A stretch of 59,135 bases of DNA, the filler included. It is 4 parts of 4 records of this genome, joined end to end, with 100 filler letters (N's around TTAATTAATTAA, not from the genome) between each part and the next. Parts side by side here need not be neighbours in the genome. Positions count along the whole stretch, not along the records: positions 1 to 29,731 come from SRR22947725_1277; 3 more parts are not named here. The stretch is one strand, 5' to 3'. Both the position numbers and the translations under genes were made by a program. Each line of letters opens with the position of its first letter. Position 1 is the first letter of the stretch. The notes beneath the pieces are model-generated. The model saw only the letters and a list, made by a program, of their open reading frames with translations. It did no database searches and was not told the origin of the DNA. This document shows positions 1 to 9,444 of the stretch, piece by piece.

Positions 1-176
1 AGTGCTCTTTCTTAAACTAGTTCGCTGAACCCTGTTCATCGGACTCTACGAGCTATTCTCCGGTAGATTTAACAAACGCCATTTGCGGATATTTTAAAGA
101 TAAGTCGGCCTCAATAAACTGAGGTGCAGAGAGCCCTAAAATTCAGTCCCAAAGCCGATAATTTGCCCGTTCATAT

Positions 177-380
177 TTAGCGCCTTACCACGGTCTTTTT
201 TAAGTTCGACCAAAGCCATATGCGCATAAGTGCCTGAAGGTCCTTAGAAGCTATACCATTATCAGTAACGATAATCTTTTTCTTGTCTGACACCATAGGT
301 TTCGTCAAACTCATATCCTTGTTATCGTAGATAACCACGGCCTCTTTATTTGCCTGCCAAACGTTTAAGTTAGACGCCAT
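177..380 (-). other. Short ORF (67 aa), possibly a degenerate DeoR-type C-terminal sensor fragment
   Basis: ORF track; AVVIYDNK...IIVTDNGI loosely resembles the DeoR C-terminal VVLADSSK...LITDSGI pattern; no HTH. Confidence 0.2.
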
Positions 381-517
381 TTGCTGTAGGATCTTTCTAA
401 TAGTAGAGTCGCTTATCTGGACTTATTAAGCGTATGGATCCTTGCGGTATGCCCTATTTAATTTCTAACTATAATCTTTAGAGATTTCAGTTCTCAACTC
501 ATCTACTTTTATACTTC

Positions 518-1366
518 TTAATTGTAGCTCTTAAGGGAATAGGCTTCTTGTGCAAAGATGAAACTTACACCGCCATTTTTTATTATATCGAGGGTCAGTG
601 TATCGCCTCCGTTTGTGGTAAAGTCTATTTTGTACTCATACTTTTCGACGCTGTTACTAGCATATCTCCCAGTAACTTTTTCTACTTGCCCCCCAACTCG
701 AAGTGAGGCAATAGCGGTAAGGTTCACATCAAAAGTACTAGCGTAAAATTTTAACTGATAAGTTCCCGCCGATAAGACATCGACAATAAGGCGAACGCCG
801 TCTCCTACCGCCGGTATATTGGCACGCCCCGCTAAAGAACTGGAATGTGACGTTATCGATAAACCATTTGTCCAATTGTAATTATTCTGACTATAAAAAG
901 AACCTGCTTCAAAAGAAGTTGCCCCAATGGCGGAAAAACCCGCAAAACCTTTTCCTGACGACATTGATTGTTTTGGAATCCTATCTCCTCCATCCCAAGC
1001 TGCCCAATCAAGATTACCATGAGACGTAAGATCAATACTGGTTATTCCTCGGCCCGCATTCTTTTTTTGAGTAAGTGTGATTTTCAAAGTAGTCTTATTC
1101 ACGGTGACTTTAGAGGGAGCCACTGATTTTAACGTCGAGACTTTCTCTGCTGTAGCGGGCGCTATATGAACATTTTCAACCAACATGACTTCTTCTTTCT
1201 CAAATGACTGAGTTTCAAGGCTGCTTTCTGTTGGCATTAAAGGCTTATTATTTAATGAAAGGAAAATACCCACTGTAACAAAGGTTACTAACAAGGCCAT
1301 CGCTATGGCTGGGACAATTTTGGTTTTCTTCTTTTTCTTTCGGCGAGTTCTTCGAGTCATTTTCAA
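518..1366 (-). CDS. Membrane-anchored hypothetical protein with C-terminal beta-sandwich (carbohydrate-binding-like) domain
   Basis: Very basic N-terminus (RRTRRKKKKK), single TM helix, S/T/P/K linker, then a Gly/aromatic-rich domain beginning IDLTSHGNLDWAAW. Confidence 0.6.
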   Translation of the reverse strand: MKMTRRTRRKKKKKTKIVPAIAMALLVTFVTVGIFLSLNNKPLMPTESSLETQSFEKEEVMLVENVHIAPATAEKVSTLKSVAPSKVTVNKTTLKITLTQKKNAGRGITSIDLTSHGNLDWAAWDGGDRIPKQSMSSGKGFAGFSAIGATSFEAGSFYSQNNYNWTNGLSITSHSSSLAGRANIPAVGDGVRLIVDVLSAGTYQLKFYASTFDVNLTAIASLRVGGQVEKVTGRYASNSVEKYEYKIDFTTNGGDTLTLDIIKNGGVSFIFAQEAYSLKSYN

Positions 1367-1879
1367 AATCTCTGTATTTTATAGTCTATTTAAGAGCACG
1401 AGTCCTAAATGGAGAAACTAGTAGTCCTTCGTTCATTCCTCCCCCTCAATTAGATTCACGATTACCCAAAACCTCAAATAACTCCTGTATATCAATTACC
1501 ATCATATAAAGCATAACTTCCCCTCATTGGAATCATGAAATCTCTCACACAGACTACACTTCCATTTTATCCGTAAATCTCATTAATGATCGAAATCTAT
1601 ACAGCTAAAGTATTTTTACGGAAATGCTTCTGAAGGCATACAGCCTTCTTTCATAGTAACCCTAAGTCGTCCATGATCATAAATAGAACTCTATACCTCG
1701 CATCCTTTTTCATAAGTAACCTTGGTCGCCAGCAGCAGACTCCTTATAAATTCGCTGATGAATTATAAATGACATATAACAACTAGCCTGCTATAGTTGA
1801 AACTGAAAGAAAGGGATCCAGATAGGGCTTGGGGCAAAAGCCAGCTAGAGATTCATGAATTGTTATCAAGGAGTAAATA

Positions 1880-2347
1880 ATGGGATTTTTTGATCCATCG
1901 ATGGAAGGCTTTTTATGGGTATTTGCCCTTTCTTTAACTGTTCTTTTTCTGGACGTCTTTTTCGCTACAGAAATACTCAGCGGCCTAGCACTTCTCGCCA
2001 TATCTTTTTATTTAGCGGCCCTTTGCGATATTTCTCTAAAGTGGCAGATTCTGGTTCTCTTGGTCTGCTGGCTTGCGTCTTCACTGCTTTTCTTTGGTAT
2101 CGCCCGAAAATTATTAATTCCACTGGTCCATAAAATAATTCCATCAGGTAAAAATGAGGCCATTCACGAAGCTATTGGTGCCCTTGCTGAGTTCCGCCTT
2201 ATAGACAATAAGTCATTTGTCTGTTGGAATGGCGATCTATGGCCACTTAGCAATGAAGACACTTCACATTTAAATGACCATGACAAAGTCCGTATAGAAA
2301 CCGTAGATAACGGTATATTTACAATTAAACAAGGGGAAAATAAATGA
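1880..2347 (+). CDS. NfeD-like membrane protein (short NfeD, C-terminal OB fold)
   Basis: Three hydrophobic segments, then VCWNGDLW...KVRIETVDN; AAGGAG SD; ATGA overlap with the SPFH gene (classic NfeD-stomatin pair). Confidence 0.8.
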   Translation: MGFFDPSMEGFLWVFALSLTVLFLDVFFATEILSGLALLAISFYLAALCDISLKWQILVLLVCWLASSLLFFGIARKLLIPLVHKIIPSGKNEAIHEAIGALAEFRLIDNKSFVCWNGDLWPLSNEDTSHLNDHDKVRIETVDNGIFTIKQGENK

Positions 2348-3174
2348 TTTCACAAATACCTCAAAGCCATTGCCGTATCATCGAGCGCTTTGCTAAACCA
2401 ATCAAAATCCAATATAGTGGGCTCGCCTTCAAGATCCCCTTTTTGGACTCCGTACGCGATGTCCGAAATGTCTGGGGTGATGAGACCAATAAGCAGGGAA
2501 TCTACATAGAATTAACCGAACAAATCATTGATACAAAGCCACGTGAGTGTATCACTAAAGACAATGCAAAAGTCCTGGTAGACTCTGTGCTTTCGTGGCG
2601 CATAACAGACCCAATAAAAGCCGTCTATGAAGTCGACCATCTTCATAAATCACTTATTCAGGCAGCCCTGAATGCCATCCGCTCTGAGATCGGTGAACGA
2701 GACCTCGATGAAGCTCTCTCCTCTCGCAATCAACTCAATGAAAGCATTGCTGCCACGCTTACAGAGACCAGTCAAAAATGGGGCATACAAATTCTTCGAG
2801 CCGAGATTCAAGAGTTGAAAACGGACGATGCCACAAGCACTGCCATGCTCCAGCAACTTGAAGCTGAACGCCGTAGCCGAGCGATTGCCGCCGAAGCAGA
2901 AGGTTCCGCCACGGCTACAGTCCGTAAAGCTAAAGCTGATCGCGAAGCTTCAATCTTTCGTGCTGAAGGCCAAGCCAAGGCACTGGATATCATTGCCAAA
3001 GCCGAACAACAGTATCTTAATACTCTTGCTGATTCTATCGGTAAAGATGAGGCAGCGAAAATTCTTATGGCTCAAAAAGTTCTAGAGGGCTATGCCGTAA
3101 TTTCAGATAAACCTGGCGATAAAGTTTTCATCCCCAACTCAGTAAAGCCTTTTCTAGATCTCGGTAATTCTTAA
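2344..3174 (+). CDS. SPFH/band-7 (stomatin/paraslipin) protein
   Basis: IIERF..., CITKDNAKVLVD, AIRSEIG, KWGIQILRAEIQ, AERRSRA..AEG coiled-coil tail. Confidence 0.93.
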   Translation: MISQIPQSHCRIIERFAKPIKIQYSGLAFKIPFLDSVRDVRNVWGDETNKQGIYIELTEQIIDTKPRECITKDNAKVLVDSVLSWRITDPIKAVYEVDHLHKSLIQAALNAIRSEIGERDLDEALSSRNQLNESIAATLTETSQKWGIQILRAEIQELKTDDATSTAMLQQLEAERRSRAIAAEAEGSATATVRKAKADREASIFRAEGQAKALDIIAKAEQQYLNTLADSIGKDEAAKILMAQKVLEGYAVISDKPGDKVFIPNSVKPFLDLGNS

Positions 3175-3182
3175 TTTAAAGT

Positions 3183-3204
3183 CCGGCTATATTTATGTAG
3201 CCGG
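3183..3204. terminator. Hairpin between convergent SPFH and LRR genes
   Basis: CCGGCTATA-TTTA-TGTAGCCGG stem-loop (one G-U pair). Confidence 0.6.
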
Positions 3205-3248
3205 TAAAAATTCTCGCTAAAGGTAAAATCTAAATCCCAATTAGATAA

Positions 3249-3887
3249 TTAATCTTTTACTTCTACTTCACAATTAGGGTGCAATCTCTTATATTCGAGA
3301 ATTTGCTCTTCCGGTACTGATTTCGGTAATTTCAAATGAGTTAATGAAAGCCTATAAAGTGGTTTAATATCAACGACTGGACATTCTCTAATTGTGACTA
3401 TTTTTAAGCTTTTCAACCGGGCTAATGGAGTCAAATCTGCAACATCACTCCTTGCAAGAGTTAAACTCTGAAGCTTCTTCAACCTTTCAAGTGGAGAAAT
3501 ATCTGAAACAGAAGTCCCAAATATAGAGAAAGTTGTCAAAGTCTTTAGGTAATTCACGCCTTTTATATCGCTGTATTCACTTCCACTCAGGCTTAAATGT
3601 ATTAATTCCTTAAAACGTTTAAGTGAAGATAAATTATTAATGTAGGTTTCTCTTAAAAATAAATTCCATAAATCTTTGAATGCATATATCTTAGATATAT
3701 CAATTTCTCCGGCACTTTTAAAGTCAGCAGTTACAATGGTATTATCGCCAAAATTCCTACTCACCTCCCCAAGGTTCTCTTCTACATAGTCAATCGCTTT
3801 TATAACTGCTGCTGAGTCTTTTGCATTTAAACTAAAAAAGAAAAATAAGAAAACTAAAAACAAAGCTCGATTCATGACATTCCCCAA
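3249..3887 (-). CDS. Secreted leucine-rich repeat (internalin-like) protein
   Basis: Signal peptide, then about five 22-aa LRRs (VSDISPLERLKKLQSLTL, VADLTPLARLKSLKIVTI); start may be the second Met. Confidence 0.88.
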   Translation of the reverse strand: MGNVMNRALFLVFLFFFFSLNAKDSAAVIKAIDYVEENLGEVSRNFGDNTIVTADFKSAGEIDISKIYAFKDLWNLFLRETYINNLSSLKRFKELIHLSLSGSEYSDIKGVNYLKTLTTFSIFGTSVSDISPLERLKKLQSLTLARSDVADLTPLARLKSLKIVTIRECPVVDIKPLYRLSLTHLKLPKSVPEEQILEYKRLHPNCEVEVKD

Positions 3888-3906
3888 ATTATAAATTGAT
3901 CATGAT

Positions 3907-4119
3907 CTAACGATCGAGAAGGTCCTGAAAAATATTGCGGATCTGCATTTGCTCGGTGTGATCAATCCGACCATCGGCAATTATTTCTTCCAAGTCTGTT
4001 TTGGCGTATTCATCAATGACCAAAAGGTGGACTATAACATCCTGTACTTCTTCAAGAGTGATGATCTTATCTTCAAGAGCCTTAGTGATTTTTTGCTTAA
4101 GTAATTGTGCTTTTGACAT
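3907..4119 (-). CDS. Small acidic hypothetical protein with two D-x-x-I-x-x-x-E motifs
   Basis: Start at MSKAQLL (GAGG upstream); LEDKIITLEE and IADGRIDHTE repeats. Confidence 0.6.
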   Translation of the reverse strand: MSKAQLLKQKITKALEDKIITLEEVQDVIVHLLVIDEYAKTDLEEIIADGRIDHTEQMQIRNIFQDLLDR

Positions 4120-4176
4120 CTTTATTCGCCTCTTAGTGTTATTGGTCATTATTAATAATTAGCATTGTTGCCAATG

Positions 4177-4191
4177 ATTGTAAATTACAAT
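4177..4191. promoter_or_regulatory. Palindromic candidate operator ATTGTAA-A-TTACAAT
   Basis: Perfect 7-1-7 inverted repeat between divergent genes; partial second copy TTGTAAATTAC at 4261-4271. Confidence 0.4.
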
Positions 4192-4294
4192 TATATACCA
4201 GTTCCTTAAAAGAGCAGTATACCCGTCCCCATAGCTTAAATGCTGATCGAGCAATTCAGGTTGTAAATTACCTTTTTATTTTTAAACTAAGCAG

Positions 4295-5347
4295 ATGACA
4301 AAGATACTCTACCTAAAACTCAAAAGAGCGGCATCGCGACTCATTCTCTTTTGCCTCTTCGGTCTCTATACACCGCTATTACTCATCTGGAGTAGCCTCG
4401 TCATCCACTACACTTTTCATGAAAATATCCGCCTCCTGTCTATTTTGATTTACACCCTGGGTTCAATTGCACTTTTACTATTCTTGCCGCGCATTGAAAA
4501 AGCCGTCCAAATTTTTTCCGGCATGACCCTAGCCATAACTCTATGGTTTATTTTTATCCCGGCATCGAATGATCGAAATTGGACGGCTGATAATGCTAGC
4601 CTTCCCCAGATTACGATTACTGGAAATGAGGTCAACATAAAAGGCTTTAGACATTTTGAATATGGCCCGGAAGAGACCATTGAAAAATATGTAGAAAAAA
4701 GTTTTGATTTAGATCAGCTTATTGGAACGGATATCATCATCTCTTATTGGGACAATTTCCGTTCTATCGGTCATACGATGGTCTGCTTTCGCTTTAAGGA
4801 TGGGCAAAATATATGTGTTTCTCTTGAGGTTAGAAAAGAAGTCGGTGAAACATTCCATCCGACTAAAGGTATTTTTAAGCAATATGAACTCATTTACATC
4901 ATTGGTGATGAGCGCGATCAAATACCACTGCGAACTAAAGTCCGCCATGAAGAAACCTTTCTTTACCCAATGAACTTAAACACCGAGCACTCTAAGCTCT
5001 TCTTGTTGGATATATTCAAATCAGCCAATAAGCTTCATCACTCGCCGCGCTTCTATCACTCAATTGGCCAAAATTGCACAACTACATTGATCGACCATTT
5101 GAATAAAGTCGACAACTTTAATATTTCCTTGACGAATAAAGTCCTGCTAAACGGCATTTCAGATTATTATGCCTACCAACTGAAAGGTATTCCAACTGAC
5201 CTGCCTTTTGAAGTTCTAAAGAGCTCTTGTTATATAAGTGACACCGCCAACAGCCTGCCTTTAGATGATGACTTCTCCACAAAATTAAGAGACGTCATAA
5301 ATGAAAAATTAGCGGCAGAAAGAAAACTACTTAAAGATCCTCTCTAA
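4295..5347 (+). CDS. DUF4105 (Lnb N-terminal-like) membrane protein
   Basis: Three N-terminal TMs; SNDRNW, GHTMVCFRF, SLEVRKE, KQYELIY, FYHSIGQNCTT motifs. Confidence 0.85.
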   Translation: MTKILYLKLKRAASRLILFCLFGLYTPLLLIWSSLVIHYTFHENIRLLSILIYTLGSIALLLFLPRIEKAVQIFSGMTLAITLWFIFIPASNDRNWTADNASLPQITITGNEVNIKGFRHFEYGPEETIEKYVEKSFDLDQLIGTDIIISYWDNFRSIGHTMVCFRFKDGQNICVSLEVRKEVGETFHPTKGIFKQYELIYIIGDERDQIPLRTKVRHEETFLYPMNLNTEHSKLFLLDIFKSANKLHHSPRFYHSIGQNCTTTLIDHLNKVDNFNISLTNKVLLNGISDYYAYQLKGIPTDLPFEVLKSSCYISDTANSLPLDDDFSTKLRDVINEKLAAERKLLKDPL

Positions 5348-5361
5348 AGAATTCTACCGAC

Positions 5362-6597
5362 TTAAGAAGATTGGCGTATCATCACTGCCGCGAACATGGC
5401 GTCGCAATCTTCAGGCATAAAGTCAATACGCACCATGCCGTCGGTCTCTTCTTGAGTTAAAGGATGACGAAGCGGCTGTAACTCGAATTCAGGATGATCT
5501 TCTAAAAAAGACTTTACCAAGAATTCATTTTCTGTCTGTGTAAGGCTACAAGTGGCATAGACCAGCTTAGCTCCAGGTTTTACCGCCTGATAAGAATCTT
5601 CAAGAATTTCTCTTTGAGTTTGAGCTATTGACCGCACACCTTCATGGCCACTCAGCCATCGAAGTTCTGGGTTTCGACGCCAGACACCCGTACAAGAGCA
5701 AGGCGCATCGACAAGAACGCCATCGTACTGACCATTGCGCGCTTCTTCCAAAGTAGAGGTTTGAACATTATGAAACCCCGCACGCTTAGCTCTTTTTTTA
5801 ACTTCGGACAATTTCCAACTGCGCAAATCTGAAGATAAAACACGCCCCTTATTCTTAAGTATATCGGCCAACTGTAAAGTTTTACCGCCTCCCCCCGCGC
5901 AAACATCCCACCAAGAATCGCCTTGCTGAGGGTCGCAAACTAAACCTAAGCATTGGCTGGCAAGATCTTGAATTTCAAAGCCACCTTCACGAAAACTTTT
6001 AAGTTGAGATAAATTTAAACGGCTACCACCAAGCTTTACTGCTCCATTCAATACAGGGTGCACCTGAGGCTCGGCGCCATTTGCTTTCAAATCTGACAAG
6101 GCAATAGAGGCTTTTTTGCCCTGAAGGCGCAACCATACCGGTGGCCGCTTTTGTAAAGCTTGCCACTGCTGATCATCCTCTTGTAAATTCTTAGGGAGCT
6201 CTTGAGGCAACCAATCTGGAGCCAGCTGTTTAAAGTCTCTGGACTTAGGTGCAGTAAATTGCCACTCTTCTAATAAGTACTCAACTACTGGGTGATCTTG
6301 AAAAGTCTCATCCCAATAAAGAGCTTCATACAACATCTGGCAGAACTCGCGATCTTCATGAGCTTCCTCAGGAGCCTCAAGCGCTTTATCCAACCAGCCA
6401 AGCCAGCGAAAAAGCGCGTATAAAGACTCATTAATAAAACGGCGATCTTTAGAGCCATACTTTTTATGCTCTCGAAAAAAGGCCCGTAAAGAATTATCGA
6501 GTGGACTGCCGGTCTCTAAGGTCTCATAAAAAAACTTACTGATAACCGCTAAGTAACTTCTAGTTCGTGCGGCAGCTCTATTTCCTGAATTATTCAT
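5362..6597 (-). CDS. RsmB/NOP family RNA m5C methyltransferase
   Basis: EIQDLASQ, DVCAGGGGKT, DAPCSCTG and YATCS catalytic motifs. Confidence 0.93.
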   Translation of the reverse strand: MNNSGNRAAARTRSYLAVISKFFYETLETGSPLDNSLRAFFREHKKYGSKDRRFINESLYALFRWLGWLDKALEAPEEAHEDREFCQMLYEALYWDETFQDHPVVEYLLEEWQFTAPKSRDFKQLAPDWLPQELPKNLQEDDQQWQALQKRPPVWLRLQGKKASIALSDLKANGAEPQVHPVLNGAVKLGGSRLNLSQLKSFREGGFEIQDLASQCLGLVCDPQQGDSWWDVCAGGGGKTLQLADILKNKGRVLSSDLRSWKLSEVKKRAKRAGFHNVQTSTLEEARNGQYDGVLVDAPCSCTGVWRRNPELRWLSGHEGVRSIAQTQREILEDSYQAVKPGAKLVYATCSLTQTENEFLVKSFLEDHPEFELQPLRHPLTQEETDGMVRIDFMPEDCDAMFAAVMIRQSS

Positions 6598-7868
6598 AAA
6601 GATAACTCCTTCAAAACTTCAGAGACAATTTTATTGGTTGCCCCTTTAGAAACTTCCAAAGCTTTTAGCCCCTTCTCTCCGTAAGCCTGCCTCAACGAAA
6701 CATCGGCAAGCAAAGTCTTAAGCTCTGCATATAAATCTTCGGGTTGACACTGCACCCCCGCCTTAAACTCTAAATTCATTTGATGAAAGCCCGGTTGCTT
6801 ATAGATCCATGGCCCATAAACAAATGGCTTGCCATAAAAGCTCGGTTCAAAAATGTTATGACCACCAATGTGTGGCGTAAAAGACCCGGCGACTACACAG
6901 ATATCTGACAAGGCATACAATTTCATAAGCATACCCATTTCATCAACCAAAACAAAGTTAGCTGACTGCTCGGCTACCTTTTTAGTCGCCCTCACATAAT
7001 CTATCGGAGATTTTTTTAAGAGATCTTCAACGCCATCAAAGCGCTCTGGGTGGCGAGGCACCAACAACAACTGGAGCTCGGCGAAATCTTCTTGTAATTT
7101 TTGATAAACTTCAAGCGCTAATTCTTCTTCACCAGCATGTGTACTGCCAAAAATGATCGTTGGTCGTTCTCTGTCCAAACCGTAACGCTGATAAAGCTCC
7201 TCCTTCAACGAATCATCTACCTGAGGAACTTGGCTATCCAGCTTTACATTGCCCGCGACTGTTACATCTTTAGTCAAAATACCGGATTCTAAAAAGCGCT
7301 CGGCATAAGTTTCGCTTTGAATAAAAAAGTGATGAAAAGGTCTAAGTAACTTTTCGCTTAGCCACGGCATCTGTCCATAGCGCTTTAAAGTTGTTTGTGA
7401 CATCTTACCATTTATGAGATAAGCTGGAATCTCGCGCTTACGGGCACCATTTAAAAAATTAAACCACAGATCTGTCTCAACAACAAATACCGCTTTGGGT
7501 TTTATCTTAGTTAGCATTCTCCCAATCAATAAAGAAAAATCTACGGGGTAATAAAATGTCGCTGCAACGCCAGGAATTTTTCTCGCCACTGCCTGGCCTG
7601 TTTCTGTAATCGTCGATACGACTATTTTAGCCGATGGCCGCCGTCTCAGTAACTCCTGAATGACTGTCCCTGCAACCTGTGTCTCACCAACAGACACAGA
7701 ATGAAACCAATAAACTTCGTCCTCTGGAGTAAATATAGGGATTTTTTGAACCCCTAATCGCGCCAATGTACTACTGCGATACTTTTCTGAAAAACATAGT
7801 TTTATCAGATGCACCGGCCCGTAAAGTAAGGTGAAACAAAGCAGGGCAAAATTGTAAATAAGAGTCAA
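6594..7868 (-). CDS. waaA: 3-deoxy-D-manno-octulosonic acid transferase
   Basis: WFHSVSVGE, ETDLW, GNVKLD, GSTHAGEE, VPRHPERF, GGHNIFEP. Confidence 0.96.
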   Translation of the reverse strand: MTLIYNFALLCFTLLYGPVHLIKLCFSEKYRSSTLARLGVQKIPIFTPEDEVYWFHSVSVGETQVAGTVIQELLRRRPSAKIVVSTITETGQAVARKIPGVAATFYYPVDFSLLIGRMLTKIKPKAVFVVETDLWFNFLNGARKREIPAYLINGKMSQTTLKRYGQMPWLSEKLLRPFHHFFIQSETYAERFLESGILTKDVTVAGNVKLDSQVPQVDDSLKEELYQRYGLDRERPTIIFGSTHAGEEELALEVYQKLQEDFAELQLLLVPRHPERFDGVEDLLKKSPIDYVRATKKVAEQSANFVLVDEMGMLMKLYALSDICVVAGSFTPHIGGHNIFEPSFYGKPFVYGPWIYKQPGFHQMNLEFKAGVQCQPEDLYAELKTLLADVSLRQAYGEKGLKALEVSKGATNKIVSEVLKELSL

Positions 7869-8020
7869 AAGCTTCTTTCCTGAAATAATTTGTGCAGAAT
7901 ATAACCACCCTCATCCGAGACTAAAGTCATAAATCGACTATTTTGCCAAAACTTATTTGAAGTAATTGCGAATTCCGGTAAGTTGTTAAAAATTTAACAA
8001 GCAAATTATGGAATATTCTT

Positions 8021-8623
8021 ATGGCATGTAATAAACCTAGAGCAGTTCTTCTTTTTGGCCCTCCGGGAGCAGGTAAAGGCACAATCGGTTCAATGATTTG
8101 CGCTGCTGGGAATCACTACCACCTAAGCTCTGGCGACATCTTTCGCGGCCTCCCGCCTGAAAGTAAATCCGGCCAACTTTTCTACTCTTATGCCAATGAA
8201 GGTAAACTAGTTCCAGACGATGTTACAATTGAAATTTGCTGGAGATACCTAAACGGCCTTATGGATACGAATAAATTCTATCCTACACAGCAGCTTTTAC
8301 TTCTTGATGGACTACCACGTACTGCGAATCAAGCAAAATTGATCGAAGAGTATGTTGATGTTGTCCACGTCATCGTTCTTACTATTGAAGACGAAGAAGA
8401 ACTTTACAGACGTATAGGTCGTCGCGGTAAGATCGAAGGTAGAAATGATGATGGCGACAGAGCAATCGTTGCTAAACGTCTACAAGAATACCACGAGAAA
8501 ACAGCAAAAGTTCTTGAGTACTACCCAGACGAAAAGATTTCTAAGTTCAGTGCTGAACAGACTCCAATGGAAGTTCTAAGAGACGTTCTTGTTGGCTGTA
8601 CAGATATCCTAAAGAAAAGATAA
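8021..8623 (+). CDS. adk: Adenylate kinase (short LID type)
   Basis: P-loop GPPGAGKGT, HLSSGDIFR, LDGLPRT, GRNDD. Confidence 0.9.
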   Translation: MACNKPRAVLLFGPPGAGKGTIGSMICAAGNHYHLSSGDIFRGLPPESKSGQLFYSYANEGKLVPDDVTIEICWRYLNGLMDTNKFYPTQQLLLLDGLPRTANQAKLIEEYVDVVHVIVLTIEDEEELYRRIGRRGKIEGRNDDGDRAIVAKRLQEYHEKTAKVLEYYPDEKISKFSAEQTPMEVLRDVLVGCTDILKKR

Positions 8624-8636
8624 GTCGGTATATTCA

Positions 8637-9242
8637 ATGAGTATTGGCAGAGCATTCTCAGCATTTTTTGGCATTCTCTTCAATAAAGATAAAGCCGCTC
8701 TTTGGCAACAAGCTAACTCCGGTAGTTTTGCATCTGAAGCTGATCTTGAAAAAGCTCAATCCGAGGCGAAAAAACTAAGCGGTGACCTTACGCAAGCTAG
8801 CGAAAAAGTCACTCAACTTGAGACTAGCCTAAAAACGGCTAAGGAAGAGTTAAATAAACCTTCTGCAGGTGAAGATGCGGTTTACACCCTCGCTCTTCTC
8901 CAGAGAGAAGGCCGCTTAATTGATTTTCTCAAAGAGGACATCAGTTCTTTTGAAGATGCTCAGATTGGCGCTGCTGTACGCCAAGTTCACGAAGGCTGTA
9001 AGAAAGTTCTCGATAAGCACTTCTCTGTTGAGGCCATTGTCAACTCTACTGAAGGTGAAAATGTCACTGTCGACAAGGGCTTTGATCCTGGATCATACGA
9101 ATTAAGCGGTAACGTTAGTGGAGAAGCGCCTTACAACGGCGAACTTCGTCACAAAGGCTGGCAATCTGCCAAGGTTGAATTGCCTATTCGTCAACAAGGA
9201 CGAAACACTGCAGTCATCTGCCCTGCCGAAGTCGAGATCTAA
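8637..9242 (+). CDS. DUF2760-family protein with coiled coil and GrpE-like C-terminus
   Basis: LALLQREGRLIDFL.EDI..FEDAQIGAAVR.VHEGC, GELRHKGW, PAEVEI; lies upstream of an Hsp70 pair. Confidence 0.85.
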   Translation: MSIGRAFSAFFGILFNKDKAALWQQANSGSFASEADLEKAQSEAKKLSGDLTQASEKVTQLETSLKTAKEELNKPSAGEDAVYTLALLQREGRLIDFLKEDISSFEDAQIGAAVRQVHEGCKKVLDKHFSVEAIVNSTEGENVTVDKGFDPGSYELSGNVSGEAPYNGELRHKGWQSAKVELPIRQQGRNTAVICPAEVEI

Positions 9243-9267
9243 GCTTAGACTCCCCCCCCTTTTTTTC

Positions 9268-9300
9268 ATACCTCGCTCAGCTCGAGCGAGGTATTTTTGT
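9268..9300 (+). terminator. Rho-independent terminator after the DUF2760 gene
   Basis: ATACCTCGCTC-AGCTC-GAGCGAGGTAT perfect 11-bp stem followed by a T-run. Confidence 0.75.
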
Positions 9301-9444
9301 TTTTACACGAACAACCCCTAAGCCTCTCGTGCATAAGCCCCTTTAGATAAATGCCCTTTATGACATTTTCTAAGACTGGTTTTTGTGCTGAAATGCACTA
9401 CTATTAAGGCATAAGAATTAAACCTTTTTGAAGAGTATTTATAT

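Noticed and set aside
1-520. Possible integron attC site near the window start
   Set aside because: No convincing RYYYAAC...GTTRRRY pair with an internal inverted repeat, and no integrase.
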